Positions 1 to 9,900 of a stretch of 32,000 bases of DNA are shown piece after piece (within the stretch, counting starts at the first letter, position 1; every line of letters begins with the position of its first letter). Position numbers and translations under genes: made by a program. The DNA is from Candidatus Omnitrophota bacterium. Lineage in GTDB: Bacteria; Omnitrophota; Gorgyraeia; Zapsychrales; JANLHA01. The notes beneath the pieces are model-generated. The model saw only the letters and a program-made list of their open reading frames with translations, did no database searches and had not been told where the DNA came from. The stretch covers positions 1,830,001 to 1,862,000 of the forward strand of contig OY759724.1 of assembly GCA_963662715.1 (NCBI GenBank), given 5' to 3'.

Positions 1-68
1 TCATTTTATGATTTCATTGTAGGGTGTCCATTTACTAACTACAATGATATTTTTTTGTAAGTTAATTT

Positions 69-98
69 TTGTGATTTTAAGTAAATAATAAATATATT
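69..98 (+). promoter_or_regulatory. Candidate sigma70-type promoter (TTGTGA, 18-nt spacer, TATATT) in the AT-rich leader upstream of tRNA-Thr
   Basis: TTGTGA at 69-74 and TATATT at 93-98, in a noncoding AT-rich stretch about 40 nt upstream of the tRNA. This is a motif match by eye only. Confidence 0.25.
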
Positions 99-140
99 GG
101 CCCTTGCGCGAACAAACCATGACATTGCGATCATCAGATC

Positions 141-213
141 GCCCCTGTAGCTCAGCCGGTAGAGCACGTCCTTGGTAAGGACGGGGTCACCGGTTCAAGT
201 CCGGTCGGGGGCT
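141..213 (+). tRNA. tRNA-Thr, anticodon GGT
   Basis: 73-nt cloverleaf. The acceptor stem is GCCCCTG/CGGGGGC. The T-arm is ACCGG-TTCAAGT-CCGGT. The anticodon stem CGTCC/GGACG closes the loop TTGGTAA. The discriminator is T and no CCA is encoded. Confidence 0.9.
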
Positions 214-234
214 CTGCGATAGAAAGAGAAAACA

Positions 235-387
235 ATGCGAGAGAACATACAGTTTCAGTGTACTGATTGTAAAAGGATTAATTATCAGAGCACGAAAGAT
301 AAAAAGAAAAAGCCGGAGCGGATTGAACTGAAGAAGTACTGTCGGTTTTGTCGCAAGCATACGTTGCATCGAGAAACAAAAAAATAA
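235..387 (+). CDS. rpmG: 50S ribosomal protein L33 (50 aa, not in the ORF track)
   Basis: Hand translation gives [50 protein letters not shown]. This is the typical L33 sequence with CxxC...CxxC. An AGAAAGAG Shine-Dalgarno-like motif lies upstream. Confidence 0.9.
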   Translation: MRENIQFQCTDCKRINYQSTKDKKKKPERIELKKYCRFCRKHTLHRETKK

Positions 388-441
388 CATTATTTTACAT
401 CAGGCTGTGCTTCCAGTTTTTTGTCGAACACGGTGTAAAAT

Positions 442-515
442 AGGCCTGTAGCTCCAACTGGCAGAGCAACGGTCTCCAAAACCGTGTGATGTAGGTTCGA
501 ATCCTACCAGGCCTG
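442..515 (+). tRNA. tRNA-Trp, anticodon CCA
   Basis: 74-nt cloverleaf. The acceptor stem is AGGCCTG/CAGGCCT. The T-arm is GTAGG-TTCGAAT-CCTAC. The anticodon stem ACGGT/ACCGT closes the loop CTCCAAA. No 3' CCA is encoded. Confidence 0.9.
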
Positions 516-527
516 CTTATAAAGATT

Positions 528-713
528 ATGATTGCAAAAATAGGTAAATTTTTTTCCGAAACCCTTGTTGAATTAAAAAAGGTGTCTTGGTCCACAAAGC
601 AGGAGCTGAAGGATTCGACATTGATCGTCTTTGTCAGTTCGGCATTCTTGGCTTTATTCATCTGGATCACGGATATGCTTCTTTCTAACTTTATCCGAAT
701 CCTCATTAAATGA
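528..713 (+). CDS. secE: Preprotein translocase subunit SecE (single-TM form, 61 aa)
   Basis: Contains the ELKKVSW motif followed by one hydrophobic helix. It occupies the conserved position between tRNA-Trp and nusG. Confidence 0.9.
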   Translation: MIAKIGKFFSETLVELKKVSWSTKQELKDSTLIVFVSSAFLALFIWITDMLLSNFIRILIK

Positions 714-720
714 TCGTGTT

Positions 721-1251
721 ATGGCTATGAAATGGTTTGTTATACATACTCAAACGGGCGCTGAAGAAAAAGCTAAAGCTGGTCTTGAAAGCCGAATGAA
801 TTCAACGAATCTTAAAGATTTTATTGAAGAGATTATTGTCCCCACAGAACAGGTCTCCGAAATCCGCGGTGGCAAGAAACGCATCACAGCCCGCAAGTTT
901 TTCCCGGGATACATCCTTGTGAAAATGGAAATGAATAAAGAGAGCTGGTATTTGGTCAAAAGCACTCCCGGGATCACGGGATTCATCGGTCCGGGACGTC
1001 GGCCGACGCCTATCTCCGAAGATGAAGTCAATGCTATTGTCCGCAGGACAGAAGACACCGAAACCAAACCAAGTCCGAAAGTCGTTTTTGAGGTCGGAGA
1101 GGCGATAAGGATCGCCGAGGGGCCTTTTTCGAATTTTAACGGGACCGTTACAGAAGTTTATCCGGATCGAGGCAAATTAAAGGTCAGTGTTTCAATCTTT
1201 GGGCGGTCAACATTAGTGGAAATGGAATATTGGCAAGTGGAGAAAATATAA
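721..1251 (+). CDS. nusG: Transcription termination/antitermination factor NusG
   Basis: N-terminus [19 protein letters not shown] (NGN domain) and a C-terminal KOW region ([21 protein letters not shown]). The start was moved from the ORF-track 631 to the ATG at 721; ATG 727 is also possible. Confidence 0.92.
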   Translation: MAMKWFVIHTQTGAEEKAKAGLESRMNSTNLKDFIEEIIVPTEQVSEIRGGKKRITARKFFPGYILVKMEMNKESWYLVKSTPGITGFIGPGRRPTPISEDEVNAIVRRTEDTETKPSPKVVFEVGEAIRIAEGPFSNFNGTVTEVYPDRGKLKVSVSIFGRSTLVEMEYWQVEKI

Positions 1252-1252
1252 C

Positions 1253-1678
1253 ATGGCAAAAGAAGTCGTAGCGCAAATCAAATTATATGTTCCAGCGGGG
1301 CAGGCCAACCCGGCGCCGCCGGTGGGGCCGGCTTTAGGTCAGCACGGGGTCAACATCATGGGCTTCTGCAAGGCCTTTAATGAAAAAACCAAGGGGAGAG
1401 AAGGGCTGATTCTCCCGGCTGTTATTTCTGTTTATAAAGATAAATCTTTTGATTTTATCATTAAGACCCCCCCGAGTTCGGTCTTGATTAAAAAGGCTGC
1501 TAATCTGGCGAAGGCGTCCGGAGCGGCAGGGAAAGAGAAAATAGCGACTTTAAATCGAGCTCAGGTAACAGAGATTGCTAAGACTAAAATGGAAGACTTG
1601 AACACGCAGGACATGGAGCAGGCAGTCAAAATTATCGAAGGCACGGCTCGGAGCATGGGAATTGAGGTGGTTGATTAA
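1253..1678 (+). CDS. rplK: 50S ribosomal protein L11
   Basis: [43 protein letters not shown] is the canonical L11 N-terminus. Confidence 0.97.
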   Translation: MAKEVVAQIKLYVPAGQANPAPPVGPALGQHGVNIMGFCKAFNEKTKGREGLILPAVISVYKDKSFDFIIKTPPSSVLIKKAANLAKASGAAGKEKIATLNRAQVTEIAKTKMEDLNTQDMEQAVKIIEGTARSMGIEVVD

Positions 1679-1679
1679 T

Positions 1680-2363
1680 ATGGTCAAATTATCGAAAAGA
1701 AAAAAAGAATTGAACGCTATCGCTAAAGAAAAACCGTCGTATACGTTGGAAGAGGCCATTCAGAATATCGACAAATTTCCACAGGTTAAATTTGATGAGA
1801 CCGTCGAATTGCATTTAAGTTTAAATATTAACCCCAAAAGTTCCGACCAGGCCATCCGCGGAACCGTGATGTTGCCGCATGGGACAGGGAAAAAAATCCG
1901 TGTGGCTGTCTTTGCTAAAGGGGAAATGGTTCAAAAAGCGGAAGAGTGCGGGGCTGATATTGTGGGTTCCAACGAATTGATCGATAAAGTGGCTAAGGGA
2001 TTTCTTGATTTTGATACTGTGGTCGCCACTCCGGATATGATGAGAGATTTAAGCAAATTGGGTAAAATTCTTGGCCCCAGAGGTTTGATGCCGAGCCCCA
2101 AGACCGGTACGGTGACAAACGATTTAGAACGGGTCATAAAGGAAGTCAAGGCCGGCCGGGTGGAATTCAAATCAGACAAGCAAGCGGGGATTCATGTGGG
2201 AATAGGAAAGAGGTCTTTCCCGAAAGAAAAATTGCTGGAAAATGCCCGTACGCTTATTGATGCGATCCAGAATTTGAAACCGGCTGCGGTTAAAGGCCAT
2301 TTATTCAAAACGGTCTGTCTTTCAACGACAATGGGGTCTGGGTTAAGAATTTTTGGTGTTTAA
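1680..2363 (+). CDS. rplA: 50S ribosomal protein L1
   Basis: MVKLSKRKK...FDETVELHLSLNINPK..IRGTVMLPHGTGK is the L1 signature. The start is set at ATG 1680, 1 nt after the rplK stop, not at the overlapping ORF-track start 1662. Confidence 0.95.
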   Translation: MVKLSKRKKELNAIAKEKPSYTLEEAIQNIDKFPQVKFDETVELHLSLNINPKSSDQAIRGTVMLPHGTGKKIRVAVFAKGEMVQKAEECGADIVGSNELIDKVAKGFLDFDTVVATPDMMRDLSKLGKILGPRGLMPSPKTGTVTNDLERVIKEVKAGRVEFKSDKQAGIHVGIGKRSFPKEKLLENARTLIDAIQNLKPAAVKGHLFKTVCLSTTMGSGLRIFGV

Positions 2364-2397
2364 ATAATATTCCTTAAAAATTGATAAAGGTGTGATT

Positions 2398-2928
2398 ATG
2401 GGGAAAGTCGGGCGGTTATATAGAGAGAAGTTAGTCAGCTCCGTAAAAGACGGGCTGGAAAACAATACAAGTGTTTTTATGCTGTCTTATTCCGGGGTTT
2501 CGGCCTCGCGGATGAGTGATTTGAGAAAAGATCTCAAGCGCATCGGCGCTAATGTTTATGTTTCAAAAAACCGTATTGCTCAGATTGCGTTGAAAGAGGT
2601 TCAGCAGGAGTCTTTGGCGAATACTGTCGGTGCTCAAACGGCTTTTGTCTGGACTAATAGTGATTCTGTGGCTGTTTCAAAGGCTTTGATGAAGTTTATA
2701 GAGAAATGTGAAACAGCTTCGGTTCAGGGAGGCCTGCTGGAAGGGGCCTTTTTGAGTAAGAGCGATGTCAAGCGGTTATCAGATCTCCCGACCAGGGACG
2801 TGTTATTATCGCAGCTTTTGTCGGTTATTGTGTCGCCTTTAACCCAGTTAGCCAGCGTATTGAACGGCAAAACTCGGGAACTGTTATCAATTTTGAAACA
2901 ATTAAGTGAAAAAAAGGGAGGTAGTTAA
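2398..2928 (+). CDS. rplJ: 50S ribosomal protein L10
   Basis: L10-like sequence located between rplA and rplL. ATG 2398 lies 7 nt after AAAGG. GTG 2392 (the ORF-track start) is an alternative. Confidence 0.9.
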   Translation: MGKVGRLYREKLVSSVKDGLENNTSVFMLSYSGVSASRMSDLRKDLKRIGANVYVSKNRIAQIALKEVQQESLANTVGAQTAFVWTNSDSVAVSKALMKFIEKCETASVQGGLLEGAFLSKSDVKRLSDLPTRDVLLSQLLSVIVSPLTQLASVLNGKTRELLSILKQLSEKKGGS

Positions 2929-2929
2929 G

Positions 2930-3379
2930 ATGTCAGAGAATGGTAATACAGTGGAAGAAAAACAGGAGCAAAAGGAAAGCGTTGAGCTCTCGCCGAAACT
3001 CGAAGAAGTGGCGAAAATGATCGAAGGGTTGACCGCTTTGGAATTGGCCGACCTCGTTAAAGGGTTGGAAGACCGGTTCGGTATTCAGGCTGCTGCCCCG
3101 ATGCCTGCGGGAATGATGATGGCGGGTATGCCGGCTGCCGGCGGAGCCGCTGCGGCAGAAGAAGAGAAGACTTCTTTCACCGTTGTTTTAGCGGAAATCG
3201 GTGCCAATAAAATATCGGTTATTAAGGAAGTTCGCGCTATCACGAACTTAGGTTTGAAAGAAGCTAAGGATTTGGTTGAGGGAGCTCCCAAGCCGATAAA
3301 AGAAGACGCGACGAAAGAAGAAGCTGAAGAGTTGAAGAAAAAATTGGAAGCGGCTGGCGCCAAAGTTGAATTGAAGTAA
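2930..3379 (+). CDS. rplL: 50S ribosomal protein L7/L12 (149 aa, N-terminally extended)
   Basis: C-terminal domain [32 protein letters not shown]...[14 protein letters not shown], an Ala/Met/Gly hinge, and a strong AAGGGAGG Shine-Dalgarno before ATG 2930. Confidence 0.95.
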   Translation: MSENGNTVEEKQEQKESVELSPKLEEVAKMIEGLTALELADLVKGLEDRFGIQAAAPMPAGMMMAGMPAAGGAAAAEEEKTSFTVVLAEIGANKISVIKEVRAITNLGLKEAKDLVEGAPKPIKEDATKEEAEELKKKLEAAGAKVELK

Positions 3380-3385
3380 CCTTTC

Positions 3386-3434
3386 GCGGCACTTGAGCTT
3401 ATTATGGCAGCAGGCATAAAGTGCCGCTTGTTTA
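3386..3434 (+). terminator. Hairpin plus T-rich tail, a possible partial terminator or attenuator between rplL and rpoB
   Basis: A 9-bp stem GCGGCACTT (3386-3394) / AAGTGCCGC (3419-3427) with a 24-nt loop, followed by TTGTTTAAT. The large loop and interrupted U-tract argue for at most a weak or partial terminator. Confidence 0.35.
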
Positions 3435-3526
3435 ATCATAATATCTTTGGGATTTCTTCATGGCTGATGGCAGGTATGAGGGATTAACCAAAATCAATTC
3501 CATAAACAAAGTACCCCTAAATCTAT

Positions 3527-6500
3527 ATGAAAAAATTAAAAGTTAGAAATTTCGGTAAGATTAAAGATAACTTTGTGTTGCCTAACTTGTTAGATATTCA
3601 GCTTAAGTCATATGAGGATTTTCTGCAGTGGGATGCATCGCCGGAAGAAAGACGTGATCAAGGGCTGGAGGAGGTTTTTCGGGAAGTCTTTCCGTTGGAG
3701 AGTTATGACGGCCAGATTAAACTAGAATATATCAGTTATTATTTCGGAAAAGAAAAATATTCCAGCGCTGAATGTCAAAGACGCAGCATGACCTTTTGTT
3801 CGCCGTTGAAAGTCAAGTTAAGGCTTATCACTCCCATTGATATTAAGGAACAGGAAGTTTATTTCGGTGATTTCCCCCTTATGACGGATACCGGGACGTT
3901 TATTATCAACGGTGACGAGCGCGTTGTCGTTTCCCAGATTCAGAGGCCGCCGGGCGTTTCTTTCGAAGAAGAAGTCCATCCTACGGGCAAAAGCATTTAC
4001 CACGGCCGCATCATTCCTTCTCGGGGGGCATGGTTTGAAATCAAGTATGATCTGAACGATAACCTTTTGGCGTATATTGACCGGAGACGGCACTTTCCGG
4101 CGACTCAAATCTTGCGGATTATGGGGCTGTCCAATGAAGAAGATATGCAGAAGCTGCTCGGCGATGAATTTACCAAGATGAAGAGCACGCTGGAGAAAGA
4201 TCATACGACCAATAAAGAAGAGGCTCTGCTGGATTTTTACCGTAAAATGCGCCCGACAGAACCGGCGACCATTGAAGTCGCCGAAGCTCTGTTTTTCCGT
4301 CTGTTTTTTGATCCCAAACGCTACGATCTCAGCAAAGTCGGGCGTTACATCATTAACCGGAAACTGGGGACAAACGTTGCCCTTGATAACCGGGTTCTCG
4401 ATATTAATACGGTTGTGGCCGTGATTCAGTATTTGTTCGGGTTGCGTGAAAGCCGTGGGGAAGTGGATGATATCGACCATTTAGGGAACAGGCGTATCAA
4501 GACCGTCGGCGAACTTGTTCAGAACCAGGTCCGGATCGGGTTGGCCCGTCTGGAAAGATCCATTAAAGAACGGCTTGTTGTGATGAGTTCCTTTGAAAAT
4601 CTAACGGCTCATCATCTTATTAACTCCCGCCTTTTTTCCAACCAGATGCATGATTTTTTTGCCAGAAGCCAGTTATCGCAATTTATGGATCAGGTGAATC
4701 CTTTGGCTGAAATGACCCATAAACGACGTTTGAGTGCGTTAGGTCCCGGAGGTTTGTCCCGGGAAAGAGCCGGTTTTGAGGTCCGGGATGTCCACCCCAC
4801 GCACTACGGCCGGGTTTGTCCTATTGAGACGCCGGAAGGTCCGAATATCGGGTTGATTTCTTCTTTGACGACGTGTGCGCGGGTGAATGATCTGGGTTTT
4901 ATTGAGACGCCTTATTATAAGGTAGCCGATGGGAAAGTGACGCATAAGGTTGAATATTTGACGGCGGATATTGATCAGACAAAATATATCGCGCAGGCCA
5001 ATGCGGAAACCGAGGCCAACGGGGACATTATCGGTAAAGAGATTATCTGCCGCTATAAGACCGATTTCCCCCGGGTGAAGCCGCAGCAGATTGATTATAA
5101 AGACGTTTCGACAAAACAGCTTGTGTCTGTGGCGACGTCCCTGATCCCGTTCCTGGAGCATGACGACGCCAACCGTGCTTTGATGGGTTCTAATATGCAG
5201 CGGCAGGCTGTCCCGATCATGTCGACTGAAGTTCCTTTTGCCGGGACGGGGATGGAAGGGAAGGTGGCCCGGGATTCCGGGGTTGTCGTTATTGCCAAGG
5301 AAAGCGGAAAAGTCACCAAGGTTGACGCTCAGGAGATCGTCATCGGAGACTGTGTTCATCCGTTGAAGAATTTTCTGCGGTCCAATGCCAACACCTGTAT
5401 TCTGCAAAAACCTCTCGTTAAGCCGGGAGAACACGTGGAGAAAGGGGATGTGATTGCTGACGGAATGGCTACGAGGGACGGACGGATTGCCTTGGGCCGG
5501 AACGTTCTGGTCGCGTTTATGCCCTGGCGCGGGTATAATTTTGAAGACGCGATTCTGGTGAACCAGAAACTGGTCCGGGAAGACATTTTTACGTCCATCC
5601 ATATTGAAAAATTTGAAGTGGAAGCCCGGGAAACACGTCTGGGGAATGAGGAAATCACCCGCGATATCCCGAATGTCGGCGAAGATGCTTTGAGAAATTT
5701 GACCGAGGACGGGATTGTCCGTGTCGGGGCCGAGGTGAAAGCCGGTGATATCCTGGTCGGAAAAGTCACGCCCAAGAGCGAAAAGGAACTGTCTCCGGAA
5801 GAAAGGCTTTTACGGGCCATTTTCGGGGAGAAGGCCGCTGATATCCGGGATACCTCCCTGACATTGTCTCCGGGGATAGAAGGCGTTATCGTTAACACGG
5901 AAATTTTTCAGCGGACAGAGCGCGGCCGGAAGTCCAAAGCGGATAAGGCGAAGGAACAGGAAGCCGTAGAAAAGATCAAGGATTACTATAAACAGGAAAT
6001 CGAGTTTATAGAATCAGAGAGAGAAAAAAAGCTCTGTCAGCTTCTGAATATCTCCGCGAAAAAGTTAACGACAATGAATCTGAGTGATTTTGACGAAGAC
6101 TCCGAAGTCCGGCAGACCGTGGAATTTTTTGAAAGTAAAGTCAATGAAATGCTGGAAGAGCAGCAGCATGAGATTGAAAGGGTTAAAAGAGGTGATGAAC
6201 TCCCTGCCGGAGTTTTAAAGCGCGTGGTTGTCTATGTGGCCACAAAGAGAAAGTTGCAGGAAGGGGATAAAATGGCCGGACGCCACGGGAACAAAGGGAT
6301 CGTGTCCCGTATCGTTCCCGAAGAGGATATGCCGTACCTTGAAGACGGAAGCCCGGTGGATATTGTCCTCAACCCGCTGGGAGTCCCTTCCCGTATGAAC
6401 GTCGGGCAGCTTTTGGAAACGCATCTCGGATGGGTGGCGCATGCTTTGGGATTTTATGCGGAGACCCCGGTCTTTGACGGAGCGACAGAACAGGAGATCC

Positions 6501-6988
6501 GCGACTTAAGCAAAGAAGCCGGATTGCCGGAAGACGGCAAAACGCTTGTTTTTGACGGATTTACCGGAAAGAAATTCGACCAAAAAGTCACTGTCGGGTA
6601 TATCTACATGCTTAAGCTTAACCACTTGGTTGATGAAAAAATTCACGCCCGTTCCATCGGGCCGTATTCACTCGTCACGCAACAGCCATTAGGCGGAAAG
6701 GCTCATTTCGGAGGTCAGCGCTTCGGTGAGATGGAGGTTTGGGCTCTGGAGGCTTACGGCGCGGCCTATACGCTTCAGGAAATGCTGACGGTGAAAAGTG
6801 ATGATGTCAGCGGCCGAAGCCGTATCTACGAAGCGATCGTCAAGGGAGAACAAAAGTTGTCAACGGGCATACCGGAATCTTTTAATGTTCTGGTCAAAGA
6901 ACTTCAAGGCTTGTGTTTGGATATACGGTTGGAAAAAGAAGAGCAGGACCAACATAATATCAAAGAGACAAAAGGGTCAAAAAAATAA
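3527..6988 (+). CDS. rpoB: DNA-directed RNA polymerase subunit beta (1153 aa)
   Basis: Contains conserved beta motifs, including [30 protein letters not shown] (rifampicin cluster region), [10 protein letters not shown] and [28 protein letters not shown]. Confidence 0.98.
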   Translation: MKKLKVRNFGKIKDNFVLPNLLDIQLKSYEDFLQWDASPEERRDQGLEEVFREVFPLESYDGQIKLEYISYYFGKEKYSSAECQRRSMTFCSPLKVKLRLITPIDIKEQEVYFGDFPLMTDTGTFIINGDERVVVSQIQRPPGVSFEEEVHPTGKSIYHGRIIPSRGAWFEIKYDLNDNLLAYIDRRRHFPATQILRIMGLSNEEDMQKLLGDEFTKMKSTLEKDHTTNKEEALLDFYRKMRPTEPATIEVAEALFFRLFFDPKRYDLSKVGRYIINRKLGTNVALDNRVLDINTVVAVIQYLFGLRESRGEVDDIDHLGNRRIKTVGELVQNQVRIGLARLERSIKERLVVMSSFENLTAHHLINSRLFSNQMHDFFARSQLSQFMDQVNPLAEMTHKRRLSALGPGGLSRERAGFEVRDVHPTHYGRVCPIETPEGPNIGLISSLTTCARVNDLGFIETPYYKVADGKVTHKVEYLTADIDQTKYIAQANAETEANGDIIGKEIICRYKTDFPRVKPQQIDYKDVSTKQLVSVATSLIPFLEHDDANRALMGSNMQRQAVPIMSTEVPFAGTGMEGKVARDSGVVVIAKESGKVTKVDAQEIVIGDCVHPLKNFLRSNANTCILQKPLVKPGEHVEKGDVIADGMATRDGRIALGRNVLVAFMPWRGYNFEDAILVNQKLVREDIFTSIHIEKFEVEARETRLGNEEITRDIPNVGEDALRNLTEDGIVRVGAEVKAGDILVGKVTPKSEKELSPEERLLRAIFGEKAADIRDTSLTLSPGIEGVIVNTEIFQRTERGRKSKADKAKEQEAVEKIKDYYKQEIEFIESEREKKLCQLLNISAKKLTTMNLSDFDEDSEVRQTVEFFESKVNEMLEEQQHEIERVKRGDELPAGVLKRVVVYVATKRKLQEGDKMAGRHGNKGIVSRIVPEEDMPYLEDGSPVDIVLNPLGVPSRMNVGQLLETHLGWVAHALGFYAETPVFDGATEQEIRDLSKEAGLPEDGKTLVFDGFTGKKFDQKVTVGYIYMLKLNHLVDEKIHARSIGPYSLVTQQPLGGKAHFGGQRFGEMEVWALEAYGAAYTLQEMLTVKSDDVSGRSRIYEAIVKGEQKLSTGIPESFNVLVKELQGLCLDIRLEKEEQDQHNIKETKGSKK

Positions 6989-6990
6989 TT

Positions 6991-9900
6991 ATGGCGACTA
7001 TAAAAAAAGAACAGATACAGGAAGATCGTATTACGATTAAAATTGCTGCTCCGGACATTATCAAGTCGTGGTCTTACGGCATTGTCAAGAAAGCTGAGAC
7101 CCTGAATTACCGGACCCTAAAACCGGAAAAGGACGGCTTGTTTTGCGAGCGTATTTTCGGGCCTGTCCGGGACTGGGAATGTAACTGCGGCAAATATAAA
7201 GGCATCAAGTTCAAGGGGATTACCTGTGACCGCTGCGGGGTCACCGTCACCCGTTCCTCTGTCCGCCGGGAGCGGATGGGGCACATCGAGCTGGCCTGTC
7301 CCGTGACGCATATCTGGTTTTATAAGGCTGTCCCGAGCCGTTTGTCGGCTTTGATGCAGATTTCGCTGCGCGACCTGGAGAAGCTGATTTACTATGAAGA
7401 ATATGTCGTGATCGATCCGGGCGATACCCCTTTAAAGAGAAAAGAATTTTTATCTGAAGATAAATATCAGGAAGCGATCGTGAAATACGGCGGGGCATTC
7501 AAAGCCAAAATAGGCGCCGAGGCGGTCAGGGAACTTTTAAAAGATATTGATCTAAGTGCCCTCTGCAAGAAACTCAGAAAAGATTTGGAGAAAGCGACTC
7601 CTGCCGGGACAAACGCAAAAAAGATTGCCAAAACACTTAAGATTGTCGAGGACTTTAAAATTTCCGGGAATAAGGCGGAATGGATGGTCCTGGATGTGAT
7701 TCCTGTTATCCCGCCGGATCTGCGGCCATTGGTCCCGCTGGAAGGCGGCCGGTTCGCAACCTCGGATTTGAACGATCTCTACCGCCGGGTCATTAACAGA
7801 AACAATCGTCTTAAGAAACTGATAGATTTAAAAGCCCCGGAAATCATCATCCGGAATGAAAAAAGAATGCTGCAGGAAGCTGTTGACGCTCTCCTGGACA
7901 ACGGCCGGCACGGACGTCCTGTTTTGGGGTCCGGCAATCGACCGCTGAAATCATTATCCGATATGCTGAAGGGGAAGCAGGGGCGTTTCCGTATGAATTT
8001 GTTGGGTAAGCGTGTCGACTATTCCGGTCGCTCGGTTATCGTTGTGGGCCCGACACTGCAGCTGCACCAGTGCGGTTTGCCTAAGAAAATGGCTCTGGAG
8101 CTTTTTGAGCCTTTTATCATCCGGGAGTTGCGGGAAAAAGGCTTTGTCCACACGATTAAGGGTGCTAAGCGCATGGTGGAACGGGCGAAGGTTGAAGTCT
8201 GGGATATTTTAGACGAAGTCATCAAAGATCATCCCATCATGCTCAACCGAGCGCCTACGTTGCACCGTTTAAGTATTCAGGCTTTTCAGCCGGTGCTGGT
8301 GGAAGGCAAGGCCATAAAATTGCATCCGCTGGTATGTACCGCCTTTAATGCCGATTTTGACGGGGACCAGATGGCTGTGCATTTGCCGTTGTCTTTGGAA
8401 GCGCAGATCGAGTGCCGTCTGCAGTTGTTGTCGGTCAACAATCTTTTTTCGCCTGCGGATGGGCGCCCGATCGTCTCTCCCACCCAGGACATGGTTTTAG
8501 GCCTGTATTATCTCACAAAGGACAGGGAAGAGGAGCAGGAGGACCGGATCTTCGGGGACAAAGACGAAGCTATCATTGCTTACAATGACGGGCAGATCCA
8601 ATTGCACACCGGCATTAAACTGCGGCTGGAGACCCAGGTCTGGGGGGATGAAAAACCGTCCTTGATTATTTCTCAGGAAAAAGCACTTGTCGGGGAAAAA
8701 CCCGAAGAAAGAAGGAGAATTTCCAATAAGCAGATTATTGAAACGACCGTCGGAAGAATTTTGTTCAATGAGCTTCTCCCCGCGGCATATGGTTTTGTGA
8801 ACGACACCATGGATAAAAAACGCATCGGGGCTGTTATCGCCGATTGCTATAAACGTTTCGGTCAGAACACGACGGTTAACCTGCTGGATAAGCTTAAGGA
8901 GTTCGGGTTCAATATGGCGACGGAAGCCGGGATTTCCATCGCGATCGCTGACTTGACGAGCCCCCAACAGAAGGAAGTGCACATCAAAGAAGCGAAGCAG
9001 GAAGTGGCTAAGGTTGAAGATCAGTACCGGAAGGGGATTATTACCGGCCGGGAGCGTTATAATAAAGTTATCGATATCTGGACCCACACAACGGAAAAGA
9101 TTTCAGATTTGGTGTTCAAACAGATGGATGCTTTTAATCCGGTTTTTATTATGGCGGACTCCGGAGCCCGGGGTTCCCGGCTGCAGATACGCCAGCTTTC
9201 CGGTATGCGCGGGCTGATGGCGAAGCCTTCCGGAGAAATTATTGAGAACCCTATTACGGCGAGTTTCCGTGAAGGGCTGACGGTTTTGGAATATTTTATC
9301 TCAACGCACGGCGCCCGGAAAGGTCTGGCGGATACGGCTTTGAAGACCGCTGACGCCGGATACCTGACCCGACGGTTGGTTGATGTGGCTCAGGAATGCG
9401 TTGTGACGGAGTTGGATTGCGGGACAGTAAACGGGATTACCGTTTCGGCTATCGTTGAGGGGGACGAACTGGTTGTCAGCCTGCGGGAACGCATTATCGG
9501 ACGGGTGGCTTTGGACAGTATCGTTGATGTCATTACGGATCAGGTCGTTGTTGAGGCCGGAGAACAGATTACCGAGGAGAAGGCTGCCATGATCGAGCAG
9601 CTGGGTATTGAGAAGGTCCGCATCCGCAGCGTCTTGACCTGTGAATCTGACCGAGGAGCATGCCAGAAATGTTACGGACGTAATCTTGCCTCGCAAAGGC
9701 TTGTGGAGATTGGGGAGGCGATCGGCGTTATCGCGGCGCAGAGTATCGGGGAGCCGGGAACACAGCTGACCATGCGTACGTTTCATATCGGTGGTACGGC
9801 CAGCCGGGCGGTCGAACAGTCATTTTACCGTTCCAAAAATAAAGGTATTATCAAGTATCACCAGCTTCGCGTGGTTGAGAGAAACAAAGAATTTGTCGTT

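Noticed and set aside
1-140. A possible truncated gene at the left edge (TCA at 1-3 could be a minus-strand stop; short ATG-initiated ORFs are also present).
   Set aside because: All reading frames in 1-140 are closed within a few codons. The region is AT-rich and noncoding, and is best read as a promoter or leader region.
392-441. An 8-bp inverted repeat ATTTTACA...TGTAAAAT flanking a T6 run between rpmG and tRNA-Trp, considered as a terminator or processing stem.
   Set aside because: The stem is almost entirely A-T with a 34-nt loop. The T-run lies inside the loop, not after the stem, so it is thermodynamically unconvincing as a terminator.
631-720. ORF-track N-terminal extensions: nusG from 631, rplA from 1662, rplL from 2906, rpsJ from 15249, rplC from 15612, rplN from 20380, rpsH from 21804 and rpsM from 27512.
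   Set aside because: The extensions overlap the upstream gene and are not part of the conserved protein N-termini. Better-placed ATGs with Shine-Dalgarno motifs exist at the canonical positions.
3404-3487. A 27-codon ORF (MAAGIKCRLFNHNIFGISSWLMAGMRD) in the rplL-rpoB spacer, and repeated TGGCAG-like motifs that look superficially like sigma-54 -24 elements.
   Set aside because: The ORF has no Shine-Dalgarno and starts inside the hairpin loop. The TGGCA motifs lack a GC dinucleotide at the required -12 spacing. There is no support beyond chance.
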